Of a DNA stretch of 64,000 nt, positions 48,181 to 60,800 are shown piece by piece (the first letter of the stretch is position 1; every line of letters begins with the position of its first letter). Location: the NCBI GenBank assembly GCA_000004985.1, contig GG738847.1; one strand, written 5' to 3'. The position numbers and the translations under genes are program-made. The notes under the pieces are model-generated. The model was not told the DNA's origin and ran no database searches. It was given only the letters and a program-made list of their open reading frames with translations. Source of the stretch: Naegleria gruberi (taxonomy: Eukaryota).

Positions 48181-48192
48181 GTTGGCGCCAAA
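48181..48192. promoter_or_regulatory. E2F-like element TTGGCGCCAAAA, about 30 bp upstream of the GTPase gene start codon
   Basis: GGCGCC core in an AT-rich promoter. Confidence 0.25.
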
Positions 48193-48355
48193 ATTTGATT
48201 TGCTGTTTTCCAAAATTAAAAAATGTCAACACGAATTTGTGCTTGAATTGCATAATTCGGGATGTGTTGAACATTTGAGATGAACATTTAATAATTCGGA
48301 GGAATGAAGAAAATAATAAAATAATAGATGATTTATTGAGAAGTTTAGAAACCAT

Positions 48356-50616
48356 TTAAACTACAGTACAAATAATTATTACAATAATTGAACCGATGAT
48401 AGATCCACCAATTGAAGAAGAAGCACTTGAATTTCTATTACTTGGTTGAGGATTATTTGATGATTTGGATCCAATAGGTTTAGGAAGGGATGAAGAAACA
48501 GGAGTTTCAATCTTTTCCAAAACTCTGATACGAAAATTGGATGCATCCCCAATGAAAATCTTTCCACTCACAGGATCAATTGAAACATCATATGGATAGT
48601 ATAATTGAGATTGTGTGGAAAGAATGCCATCTTGATTATATCCTCCAATTCCATTTCCAGCAATGGTAGTCAAATTTCCATTTTGAATTCTTCTAATTTT
48701 GTGGTTATTAGTGTCAGCAATATAAATCACTTGCCCACTTTCATCAACTGTGACATCATATGGAGAGTTTACTCTGGATTCGAGAGCTGACATGTTGTCA
48801 TCATTGAAACCTGCCTGTCCTGTTCCTGCAATGGTGGAAATCATTCCAGTACTTGCTAATATTTTACGAATTCTATGATTCTGCTTGTCAGCAATGTACA
48901 CATTTCCCTTATTATCAACTGAAACGCCATGAGGAAGATAGAGTTTTGCCTCTGTTGCCATAATGACATCGCCATTATATCCAGCGGATCCAGTTCCAGC
49001 AATGGTTGAAATAATACCATTATTGGAAACCTTTCTAACACGATGATTGGAACGATCAGAGATGAAAAGTTCATCATTTCCATTCAATGCAATACCGAAT
49101 GGATAATTCAATTGAGAAGAAGTGGCTTGAATTCCATCCTTATTAAAACCAGAATTACCATTTCCAGCTATAGTTGAAATAGTGCCATTTGTGAATACAA
49201 TTCTCACTCTATGATTGTATGAATCTGATATGTAAATATTTCCAATAGAATCACTAGCAACACCATGAGGATAATTCAATTGAGCGTCTATTGCCAACAT
49301 TCCATCTCCATTGTATCCACCAATTCCATTACCAGCAATTGTCTTTACAGAACCATCTTTTGAAATTCTTCTCACGCGATGATTGGAACGATCACAGAAG
49401 ATTAATTCACCATCCTTGAAGGCCATAGAGGATGGATGATTAATTAATGTAGAGAGGGATGTAGCTCTATCACCATTGAAACGTTCAAAGCCAGTTCCTG
49501 CAATTGTTGAAATCATTCCATTGAGTTTGACAATTCTAATTACAAAATTATCAGTGTCCGTAATGATCAGCTCTCCATCATAACCGATGGTTACATCGGC
49601 TGGGCGACTGAGTTTGGCAGAGGTTGCTAGAACTTCCTCATCTCGAGAACCAGTAGTACCATTACCAGCAAGTGTTGAAATGATTCCACTACTATTGGAA
49701 ATGAGTCTAATTCGATGATTATTTCTATCTGCAATAATGATATTATCATTCGAGTCGATAGTGATACCATTGGGAGTATTTAATTTGGTAGTATTAGCTG
49801 GAATTCCATCACCAGAATAACCACTCACACCTGTTCCAGCAACAGTTGAAATAATACCACTATTTGAAACCTTTCTGATACGATGATTTTGACTATCAGC
49901 AATGAAGACCTCATTTAAACTATTCAAAGCAACAGTTGTTGGAAGATTCAAACTAGATAACGTTGCCAACATGTTATCACCATTATATTTACCATATCCA
50001 TCTGCATCTCCTTCTCCATTACCTGCAATAGTAATGATTGTTCCATTTGAAAAAACCTTTCTAATAAGATGATTAAATGTATCGCTGATATAAATTCCTC
50101 AGTATTTGGTTGACCAGGTTGAGACTTTACATAGATACCATGAGGATAATTCAATTTGGCTTGCATGGCAGTAGAATAATCACCAGAATAACCAGCACTT
50201 CCAACACCAGCCACAGTAATAATGGTACCATTCAATAATATCTTTCTAATTCTATGATTATACGTATCAGCAATATAAACCTCACCCAAATCATTTACAG
50301 CCACATCATATGGATAGTACAAGTGAGCTTGTGAGGAAAGAATACCATCTCCATTGTAACCAGCAAAGCCAGTACCAGCAATTGTAGTCATAGTTCCATT
50401 TGCAAGGATTTTTCTAACTCTATGGTTATAAGTGTCAGAAATGAAGTATTCTCCCTTGATTGGTCCAGTTGATACATCGAATGGCCAATTTAAGGATGAT
50501 TCCTTAGCAGGGAGAGAATCACCCAAACCACCTGCAAAAGTTTGAATGAGATAGTCTTGTCCAAAAACCAAGGATTGGACTAGTAAGATTGAAAGGAGTA
50601 GAAGGATTAATTTCAT
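48356..50616 (-). CDS. NHL-repeat membrane protein; 2 exons, 41-nt intron at about 50098..50138
   Basis: Signal peptide MKLILLLLSILLVQSLVFG. At least 14 NHL repeats follow (NHRIRKI/NHRVRKV...IAGTG..GYNGDG). There is a Ser/Pro-rich stalk and a C-terminal TM helix GSIIGSIIVIIICTVV. The two overlapping track ORFs are joined by a phase-1 splice PHG|gtatct...actgag|IYISDTFNHLIRK. Confidence 0.75.
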
Positions 50617-51263
50617 TTTTTAACACAATTCGAATTGTTATTGGGAAACAATTCTTGAGGTTAAATAGTTTCATTGTTAATAATTATGAGTAGGGTATTA
50701 ATGGTTGAATGTGTTGTGTGTAAAAAATAAGGTAGAGGAGAATTTAGTGATTGAAAATACTCTCAATTAGGAAGGAATAGGATAACATTCAATCAATTTG
50801 TATCTCATTCGTGTGATTTTCATTCACATTCAATGAATAGGTTGAGTTATTTAGGACTGGATTTAGATAAATGGATATTTGTTGAATGAGCTGTTTGAAT
50901 GGTATCGTTAGAAACTGATTGGTTTTGATTGGATTGGATTGAATTGACCATCCATTTTTGGTATTTGAAATGGTGGTGTGGGTTGTGTGGATTCATACTT
51001 GAATTATTTCTAACGAATGTAGCCAACATCATTTTCGACTTTGTGCATTCTAGCAATACAGAAATCTATTTAGAACTCAAAATGATATAGGAGAAAGAAA
51101 TCTTGTGCTACCTTTTTAGAAACAACGTGAATAATAATTATTGTAAAATGTAAGGTACTTGTTATTGTGAAACATTGGAAATCTCCCTCAGCTCTTAATA
51201 AATTTCCTTTATAAGAAAAGAGAAACTTGTATTTTGAAAAACTTGTATTCCTTAGAAATAAGT

Positions 51264-53030
51264 TTATTGGGAATCTTGGTTGAGCTTCTTGATTTCAGAC
51301 AATTGGAATCTACCGCTAGGATCGACTTCATACTTACTCCATGGCAACCACTTCTTGCAAGTCTTGGCACAAATATCAGATGGGAAGTGCTTTTCGAACA
51401 AGGTTCTATAATAGTAAGCTTCCTTAGAAATTGGAGTATTGTAAGGGAATCTTTCAGCAGCCTTAGCAAAGTCTTCGTCAGTGACTTGCTTGTCACAGAA
51501 TTCCTTCAAAGAGTCAATCCAACCGTGACCAACACCATCACCAAATTGAACCTTAGTTCTCCACAAAATTTCATCAGGAATCAAATCCAATCCATCAAAG
51601 GCCTTTCTAAGAACAAACTTTTCCATATTGTGTTCCTCACCATCAGTACCATGGTAGTGATGCAATTTATGATCTGGATGAATAGTCATGACAGTATCCA
51701 AAAAGTCCTTATCCAAGAATGGAACTCTAGCTTCCAAACCATGAGCCATGGTAGCTCTATCACATCTCATAACGTCAGCCAAGTGCAAGTTTCTAACCTT
51801 AGTAACCATTTCATCTTGTAATTGTTGAGAGTCCTTGGCATCTCTGAAATAGACATAACCACCAAACATTTCATCACTTCCTTCACCAGACAAGATAACA
51901 CGAATGTATTGAGAAGCCAAGTGAGAGAGCAAGAACATTGGTGTAGTAGCTCTAACAGTAGTGACATCATAAGATTCCAAGTGATAGACAACCTTTTCCA
52001 AAGCAGCAATACCTTCGTCAATAGCGAAAATGTGTTCATGGTGAACAGTGCCCAAGTGAGCAGCAACCTTTCTGGCAGCAACCAAATCGGAACTTTCATT
52101 TGCACCAATACCAATTGAGAAACTGTGCAAACGAGGTTGGTTAGTATACTTTTTAACAAGAGCAGCAACAAGTGAGGAGTCCAAACCACCACTCAAAAAG
52201 ACTCCCAATTCAACATCAGACATCATTCTCTTCTTAACAGCAGCCTCAAAACCTTCTCTAATCTTGACCAAATCAGTTTCTTCTGGCTTGTTGTAAACCT
52301 TGCTATCAAACCAAATTGGGTTATAATATTGTTCAATAACACCAAATTCTTGAGAAGAATGTTGAAGATAGACCATACCTGGTAAGAAGGTATCAATTTC
52401 ATAACAGCCAGCTGCACTCAAAACTTTCATTTCAGAGGCAAACCAGACACTGTCCATTTGTCCATCAACATTCTTCTTTCTACCCATGTAGAGAGGCTTG
52501 ATACCAATACGGTCACGAGCAGCAACCAAGGTTTGAGTAACAGAGTCATAGACAACAGTAGCAAAGTAACCATCCAATTTGGAAACAAATTCAACAGCAT
52601 CTTGAATGGTAATAACAGTCAATGGATCGACTTGACCTTTTTCAATTCTCTTCTTTTTAGCTTGTTCGTACAAGTGAAGAATACATTCAGAATCGGAATG
52701 AGTACGGTATTGGAATCCTTCCTTTTTCAATTCAGCATCAATGTCATCATGGTTATAAATTTCACCATTGTGAATGACAGCACAAGTTTCATCTTGTGAA
52801 AGAATTGGTTGTTTACCAGTAGTAAGATCAATAATGGACAAACGTTCATGAGCCATACAAGCATAGGATTCCTTGGCAGTGGAAAGAGGCCATACTTTAA
52901 TATCAGATTCAATTGGTCCTCTGTGAACGAGCAATTTGGATAAGGCACGAACTTCTTCCAACGCTTCTTGTCTTTGATCTTGACTAGCTTTTTCAGTGAG
53001 ATATCTCAAAACAAAGGTAATTCCGCACAT
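51264..53030 (-). CDS. ASNS: asparagine synthetase (glutamine-hydrolysing)
   Basis: The N-terminus MCGI provides the Cys2 nucleophile of class II glutamine amidotransferases. The PP-loop SGGLDSS is present. Full-length 588 aa, collinear with ASNS, with no introns. Confidence 0.9.
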   Translation of the reverse strand: MCGITFVLRYLTEKASQDQRQEALEEVRALSKLLVHRGPIESDIKVWPLSTAKESYACMAHERLSIIDLTTGKQPILSQDETCAVIHNGEIYNHDDIDAELKKEGFQYRTHSDSECILHLYEQAKKKRIEKGQVDPLTVITIQDAVEFVSKLDGYFATVVYDSVTQTLVAARDRIGIKPLYMGRKKNVDGQMDSVWFASEMKVLSAAGCYEIDTFLPGMVYLQHSSQEFGVIEQYYNPIWFDSKVYNKPEETDLVKIREGFEAAVKKRMMSDVELGVFLSGGLDSSLVAALVKKYTNQPRLHSFSIGIGANESSDLVAARKVAAHLGTVHHEHIFAIDEGIAALEKVVYHLESYDVTTVRATTPMFLLSHLASQYIRVILSGEGSDEMFGGYVYFRDAKDSQQLQDEMVTKVRNLHLADVMRCDRATMAHGLEARVPFLDKDFLDTVMTIHPDHKLHHYHGTDGEEHNMEKFVLRKAFDGLDLIPDEILWRTKVQFGDGVGHGWIDSLKEFCDKQVTDEDFAKAAERFPYNTPISKEAYYYRTLFEKHFPSDICAKTCKKWLPWSKYEVDPSGRFQLSEIKKLNQDSQ

Positions 53031-53866
53031 TGTCAGTTTGGTAAATGTTCTTCTTTAGCTACTTGGAGTGGTCTACGATAGGTAATGAGGCTAAGGCTGC
53101 AATAGACAAATAATTCGTCTGTGTTGATGGTTTGTTGACAATCTAATAATACTTGTTGCATAAACAAAAACTTTGAATAATACAAAGTAGGTACAAATGT
53201 TTCAAAGGTGAGAGAGAACTTCTTTTAAAAAGAATTGTATGGAGAGCAATAAATCGTGATGATTAAATCAATCGTGATTATTGTTGAGTGAAGTGTTTTT
53301 TTTTTCGCTTTTAAATGATGTGGAAATCTTGCTCGCTTTATATCTCGTTTGCGTCGATTTGCATCTTTGTATTTGTCAATTTTACCGTGAATAGAAGGCA
53401 TTACAGTGTTTTTACGGGGAATTGGATTGGTAAGGGCTCCGGAAAATCTCTAGCTGCTTTTTCAACCTTGCACAAAAAGATGACGACTCTGTGAGTTTAC
53501 AAGATAGGTGAACTAAATTGCACTCATTGTGTGTGAAAAGAATTTTAACACACCCATTCCCAAAGTTGATGTTGTGTGAAAAAGTTCTATTTTTACATGT
53601 TAAAATGATACACGTCACTCTGTTATTAAATACTTTTGCAGATTACAATGAGTATTTACGATGATGATGGTCAGTTTACGATTATTTAGTATGCAATTTG
53701 GAAGATACATGAAAGTCGAGGAATCTCTCATACATTACTGTAATACTAGAGTTTACAATATTGAACATTTACAGTCTACCACATTACAACAAGAAGAAAG
53801 TTAAATATTTGTTGTGTTCAATTAGTTCATTCTATTAAAAGAATATCAAAACCAATCAATTAAAAA

Positions 53867-54789
53867 ATGCCATCAGTACAACATCAGCAACAATTGACTT
53901 TAATTCACCAACAGATAATAATACAAGTGAAGGAGGAATAGATTTTGATTCGGATTGGTGGGATCAAGAAATTAATTCAAAACCAAGAAGGGCATCAGGC
54001 CCAGTGTTTACCTCCGATAATGTCTATCATACCATTGAAAAATGTAGAAAGGATGCTGTGCACTTGTTACAGAGTGATGATAGAGTGAAGGAAATTGTGG
54101 CTGGAATTAAGAGTGGAAGATATGGTGGAACTAATATTTTAGATGAGGTATATATTGATATTTAATTATTGTTTAAATGGATTTATTGAATCCATTCAAT
54201 TTAATAATATTTATATTATGATTGAATTTTGAATTGGAAAATGAAATATAAAAAGGGACTCATTGTGGAAATGTGTCACGGAACACAACGATCAGATAAT
54301 TCATATTCAGGACTCTATGAACCAGTGAAGAGAATTAAAATTTGTTGTAATAGAAATGTGGGAATTTATGAATTGAGAAGGACACTCATTCACGAATTGG
54401 TTCATGCCTATGATTATGCGAGAGTGAGTTTTAAATTTTACTGATCATTGATATTAAAAAATTAATTGGAAATTATTTCATATTATTGGTATAATTAGGG
54501 ATTCAATAGAAGACATGGCTGTAAATTTAGAGCTTGTACAGTAAGTATAGCTATACTAATCTATTGAAATCTTACTCATTGTAATTAGGAAGTTAGAGCA
54601 TACATGTTGGGAGGAAGTTGTGATTTACCAATTGACTTGGCAAAATTTAATGGAGATCGAGAGGCATGCATTAAACATCATGCTTTCATGTCTGTAAACC
54701 CTTATTGTGACGACGCCACAAAGGTAATCAATGAGGTTTACCCTCAATGCCACAAGGATTATTCTCCAATTCAAAAAGATTCCCATTAA
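53867..54789 (+). CDS. ATP23: mitochondrial inner membrane protease ATP23 homolog; 5 exons
   Basis: Exons are 53867..53876, 53915..54147, 54256..54423, 54499..54540 (a 14-aa micro-exon) and 54589..54789. Introns are 38, 108, 75 and 48 nt, all GT..AG. The spliced product is MPSDNNTSEGGIDFDSDWWDQ...CRKDAVHLL...TLIHELVHAYDYAR|GFNRRHGCKFRACT|EVRAYMLGGSCDL...NPYCDDATKVINEVYPQC, with the HExxH motif and the Cys pattern of ATP23. Confidence 0.7.
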
Positions 54790-55140
54790 TTACTTTACAA
54801 TCAGATTCAAATCTATTTTTGAAAGGTTTTTTAATAATTGAATTATAATGGATTTTCTTGGAACTGAATAGTCATTACTTAAGTCAAACCAGTTAAAGAG
54901 ATAATAGTAGGTAGATGAATTGCTTTAATAAAAATGGTTCATGGAATGCCAACTTTAACCATTCATTTTGTAATATTTCCAGCAAGATGATGAATGGTCC
55001 AAGAAATCGAATAATAGATGAAGATGTGGAGGTTCTGGAAGTGGAAAGGAGAGTTGAATGAAGAATTTCTCTTTTGAATTTTCCCTCCACAATTCCAATT
55101 AAAAACAACAGAACGGACCACAAAAATCTCGAAGAAAAAA

Positions 55141-57687
55141 ATGCCAAAACAACAGCCGTTTTCTTCTTCCGCTGTTAATGCGGGAGAGTCTACCTCACTC
55201 CTCGGATCGTCGTCTTCAGGAGTTGCTGTTGGTGAATATGATAATTATGAAAATAATGATGGTGGTGACGGAATGATGGTGGGTTATCAACAGGACCATG
55301 GAATGGCTATTAATCATATTGGCGGAGGTTGGTTTGAATTATAATGAATTTTAATAGTTTAACACTTGTTTCTAACAGATTCCACAATTTATAGAAATAC
55401 GGAAACAGAATTTCCTAAAAAAACAACAAAGGATTCTATTGGACAATTTTATCAATTAAAAGAAAATGAGATGCTTGAAGAACATGAACAAGCTCTTGCC
55501 GAATGGGAATCGGAACAAAGTCAAAGATCATTCTTTTCAAAGTGGGTTCCAGGATACGATTTTGTAACGTCATGTAGGAAGGGAAATCGCTCTAATGATG
55601 TCGATGAAAGTCCAGTTCTTGATGACGGAGTTGCAGAGTTACATGTGGATAGAAGTGATGCTAAACCTCAAATCATTCCAGAATCACTCACACCAAAAAA
55701 GGAACACAAACTAGGTGAGCTTTTTGCCACTGCTATTTGTGGCAATGATATTACAAGTTCATGCTTGTATGTTATTGGTGTTTGTATCAGTTATGCAGGT
55801 ATTTGGGCTCCTATTTGTCTCTTACTTGTCAGTGTTTTACTCTTTTTATTTAGAGTATGTTTTTTTATTATCATTTTAATTTTAAATATGGAAAATTGCA
55901 ACATGACATTACTGGAATTATAGTCAATTTATGCAGAAGTAGGTTCTGCAATCACACTTAATGGTGCTTCTTATACACTCCTTTTGAACACTACATCGAA
56001 AAAGACTGCTTCCTTAGCTGCTTGTTTAACTGTAAGTCTCATAACATATTTGAGAATATTTAATTTGTGTGAAATTGCTTTCAGATTATTTCCTATGTTG
56101 CTACTGCTGTCGTTTCAGGAACCTCAGCTATTCAATACCTTAAAAATGTTCCATATTGTGAAGACATTCCCCTCATTCCTTCTACTGTAATTCTTTTGGC
56201 TATTTTTGCATTTTTGAATTTAATTGGTATTTCTGAGAGTGCTTTTGCTGCTGCTCTCATTTTTATTTTCCACCTCTTTTCACTTGCCACAGTTACCGTC
56301 TATGGAGGTCTTTATGTTTCTGTGACAAACAGTTTTGAAATGCTCCAAAGAAATTGGCAATTGAGTCAGAGTGATATTTCCGCTGTTGGAATGTAAGTTG
56401 TTTTTAAATGGAGAATTGAGAATTAATTTTCATAGTGCCAAATCAATCTTTTTCGGTTTTGGAGCTGCTATGCTTGGTGTTACAGGATTTGAAAGTAGTG
56501 CCAACTTTATTGAACAACAAAAACCAGGCGTTTTTCCAAAGACTTTGAGAAACATGTGGTGCTTGGTCTCATTCTTCAATCCAATTCTTTGCTTTATTTC
56601 TCTGTGTACACTCCCATTATCAGAATTGACTGACCCAGCTAAGAATGGTAGTGTCTTGTCTCAAGTTGGTAGAGTTTCTGCTGGCAAATGGCTTCAAATT
56701 ATGTTATCTTTGGATGCTGCTCTTGTACTGAGTGGTGGTGTATTGACAGCTTACGTTGGTATTATTGGTTTGGTTAGACAAATGTCTATGGATAGAGCCT
56801 TACCTTCATTCTTCCTCCAAGTTAATGCTTTCAGAAAGACCAATCACTTTATCATTATCTTGTTCTTCATTTTGTGTGCATCTATGGTCACTATTTTGAA
56901 TGGTGACATTGAAGCCTTGTCAGGAGTTTATACAATTTCCTTCCTTTCAGTTATGATGCTTTTTGCTATGGGTGACTTTTTGCTCAAGTACAAGAGAGGA
57001 CAACTCAAGAGAGACAGAAGAGCCAAAAAGACTGTGATTGTAGTTTCAGTCATTAGTGTTGGTATTGCATTGTTGGCCAATATTTTGGAAAATCCTGTTT
57101 ATCTTGAATACTTTGCTATTTATTATGCTATTTGTGCCTTGACCGTATTGGCCATGTTTTGGAGAGCCAAGATTATGAAGTTTGTCATATACTTGGTCTA
57201 TTCAAAACTAAGAGAATGGAAGATTGCCAAATCAGTCACAAATACAATTTTGAAGTTCTTGGTTAAGCAAGCAAAGAATGTGAACAGTCAATCATTTGTC
57301 TACTTTGCCAAAGATGATACGATAGCCATGTTGAATAAGGCCATTTTGTATGTTCGTGAAAATGAATTGACAGATTGGATCAAGATTGTGCACGTCTACA
57401 AGATTCCAAACACTGAGGAAGAGTATGTTAGACAACAAAAGACTATCGATAGAATCAGAAATGATTGTAAGAAATTGGATGAAGTTTATCCAAGAATGAG
57501 AATTGACTTTGTTGCTATTGAAAGTGAAAAAGGTTTCGGTGCTGATGTGATTAGATTAATCGAAAGTAGATTTGGCATTAGAAAGAACTTGATGTTTATT
57601 TCCTGTCCTGCTGCCAAATTTAAAGTTAGTGATCTTGGAGGTGTTCGTATTATTACAAATGATTCAAGTAGTGTTAGCTTCCTCTAA
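55141..57687 (+). CDS. APC-superfamily (amino acid/polyamine/organocation) permease with long cytosolic C-terminal domain; 5 exons
   Basis: Exons are 55141..55327, 55379..55852, 55924..56031, 56085..56393 and 56437..57687. Introns are 51, 71, 53 and 43 nt. The product carries permease motifs (ELFATAICGNDITSSCLYVIG, SIYAEVGSAITLNGASY, FGFGAAMLGVTGFESSANF) across about 12 TM segments. A hydrophilic tail of about 230 aa follows. Confidence 0.7.
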
Positions 57688-57883
57688 ATTATAATCAATA
57701 CTTTGATTTCTAGTAGTAGTAGTAAATTTGAATATGTTCTGTAATTTTGTTAGAGGTATCTCTTTCTGCAGTGCATGTCCTAGATGAATTTCAAATAAAA
57801 TCAATTAATGAATAAATCGATCACAACAACATCATCTATGTCCTCTCAACCAACCTACAGACTGGAAGTCAACCAATCAAAAA

Positions 57884-60800
57884 ATGTCAAAACATCTCAT
57901 CATCACAGTGTTATTATTATTCATTACTTATTACACAAAGTCATCAACAACAGTATACATTGATTCAATAAATGGAATTGACTCTAATTGTTCATCATTA
58001 GAAAATCCATGCAAAACAATCTCCTATTTTGTTGATTCAATTTCCTTTCCGACTGATCAAAGTTTGATTAACATTGTTCTATTGACAGATTGGTTGGATG
58101 AATATGAATGTTTAAATTTCAAGAATAGAAACATTACTCGGGTTCATTTCATGGGATTTAATGGTTCATTTGTTAAAATTAAATGTAATCCAATGGCTTA
58201 TTTTGTGACTCTAGTTAGATTTTCAAATGTGGAAATGGATTTTGTAACAACCAAATTTAACACTTTGGAAATTGTTGATAGTATTGTTAATAATGTTGGT
58301 ATTACAAGAAGTGCAAATAGAGTTCTTTTGGATAATGTACAAATGGGAAGATGGATAGTATTTAACCATGTCGACTCGTTGATGATTAACAATTCCAAAT
58401 TTGGGAGAGCATCATTGCATCTTACTGGTGGTTCTTACATTAGTAATTCAACATTTTCGAATAGCGTACTCAAAATTGACATGGATAGTGCACAACAACA
58501 TCTAACAGTCATTAATGGCTCAAGTTTTATGGAAAGTTCAGTTCAAGTAACAGGCAGTGGCCAATTTATTGTAGATCGTTGCAGTTTTACAAAGAATATT
58601 CCTTCACAATTGGAAAAACCTTATGCACTCTTTATTCAATCCATTTTCTTGTTGAAAATTTCAGTTTCATATTGTAATTTTACAAATTTCAATTTGGGAG
58701 TAGTGTATTTAACAGGAATTGGACTTAGTGGCGAAATTACAAATTCAATCTTTTCTAATAACTCGAATACAGGTGGGGGTGGGGCAATATCTTTAAATAG
58801 TATACAAATATTACAGGTTAGGGAGTCTGTTTTCATTAATAATAGACAAATTGGAGCAGGTAATGAGAATTTTGCAGATCAAGTTGGAGGAGGAGCTATT
58901 TATCAATATCAATCATTGCTCAGGACTGAGTATTGTAAATTTATTAAGAATGAGGCAATTACAGGTGGAGCTATTTTCTCATTCCACGCCTATCAGTACA
59001 GCTCGAGTTTTGATGTAAGTTTCACAACACTACTACTTGGCTCACAAAGAATAGCAATTTCTTAACAACTCGGCAGTTTATGGTGGAGCATACTCTTCCA
59101 TTTATTCATCATCATCGAGCACTGCCAATATTTACATTTATACCAGTTTATTTCAGTATAATAGAGCTCGAAAATATGGTGGTGCTATTTTCACACTGAG
59201 AGGTTCTCTTTTTTTCACCCAAATTCCAATAGTATCGTTTAATGGTGCTGATATTTTAGGAGGAGGAATTTATTTGATTGGAACCACTACATCATTGCAT
59301 TCTGAATCCTTTTACAATAATTATATAAATGGTGGTGGTGGTGGTGAATATTCAGATGTTGCTTCATTTCCTGAGCTGATTGAGGCAACTATTTCAGAGA
59401 AGAATTTTATTTCATACAATAACAAATCACAAATTGACATGATCTATATGAGATTTGGTGAAACTATATCTATTGATATACTATTATTTGATACTATTGA
59501 TGGAAAACCTAATATGGTTAATTCAAATACTGAATTTGAAATTAGTGTGGAAATTGAAAAAATTGCAGTATTTGATAAATTAGAAGCAAGTAATACCAGC
59601 GTGACTGGTGTCTTATATTCGAAAGTAGTACAAGAAAAAATCAGTAATTTCACTCTCACAATTACCATCAAATCAACACTTTTCACAACAGAAGCTTACA
59701 ATCGAAAAATTTCAATTCAAGCAATACCAACCCAATGTCAATCATGGTTCAGTTTACAGAGACAATCAAAGAAATTGTATGGAGATGATATTTATGCATG
59801 TACTTTCAATGTTGCATTAGTGTCCCCTTTTATAATTGCATCCATTGTTGTAATTTGTTGTCTATCATCAATTATTGTAATGGTTTCATGTTACAAACTC
59901 TATGGCATGCGTAGTAAAATCAAAATTCTTCACAAGAAGGAGAAAGCAGAGGAAGAATTGACTCAAAAGCTATTGGAATTACAAACCATGTACACAACAG
60001 AATTGGAAAGTAAATATTCATTGAAGAATTGGCTTATTAGAGTTGAGGATATCAAGATTGTGAAAAAAATTGGAGAAGGCGGAATGGGAGTTGTATATTT
60101 GGCATTGTAGGTTTTCATTTCTAGTATTTCAACATTAACATTTACCAATTTAGGTGGTCCAATGTAGAAGTTGCCTTAAAAACCATCAAATTGAGAGATG
60201 AGGATATTGATAGTGATGAGTTTGAACACGAATCTTCAATGTTATCATCAATAAGACATCCAAATATTGTAAATTTTTATGGAGTTTGCCTTTCTAAGGA
60301 ATCTAAATTCATAGTGACTGAATATGTGAGTGGAGGAAGTTTGGATAATTTAATTTATGATTGTAAATTGAAGAGAAACCACATTAATTTACGTGAAAAG
60401 ATTTCAATTCTACTTGGAATTGCTAATGGAATGAGCTATTTACATGGAAAAGACAAGTGTATCATTCATAGAGATTTGAAACCTGCTAATATCTTACTTT
60501 CTAATGATTTCATTCCGAAAATAACAGATTTTGGTCTAGCTCGATTATCTGAAAACTCAAATAGTACCAAAACAGGACATGTTGGAACCTTACTGTTCAT
60601 GAGTCCAGAAATTCTATTAGGACAATATTACAATGAAACATCAGATGTGTTCAGCTTTTCCATTATTATGTGGCAATTATTGTTTGATGAAAGTAATTTG
60701 TTCCACCATGATTATGCTACCAATCCTAAATATGTTTCAATCATGTCTAAACAAGAACAAGAAACTTTTGCTTCCTTCAAGTTTCAACCTTCACTTTTGC

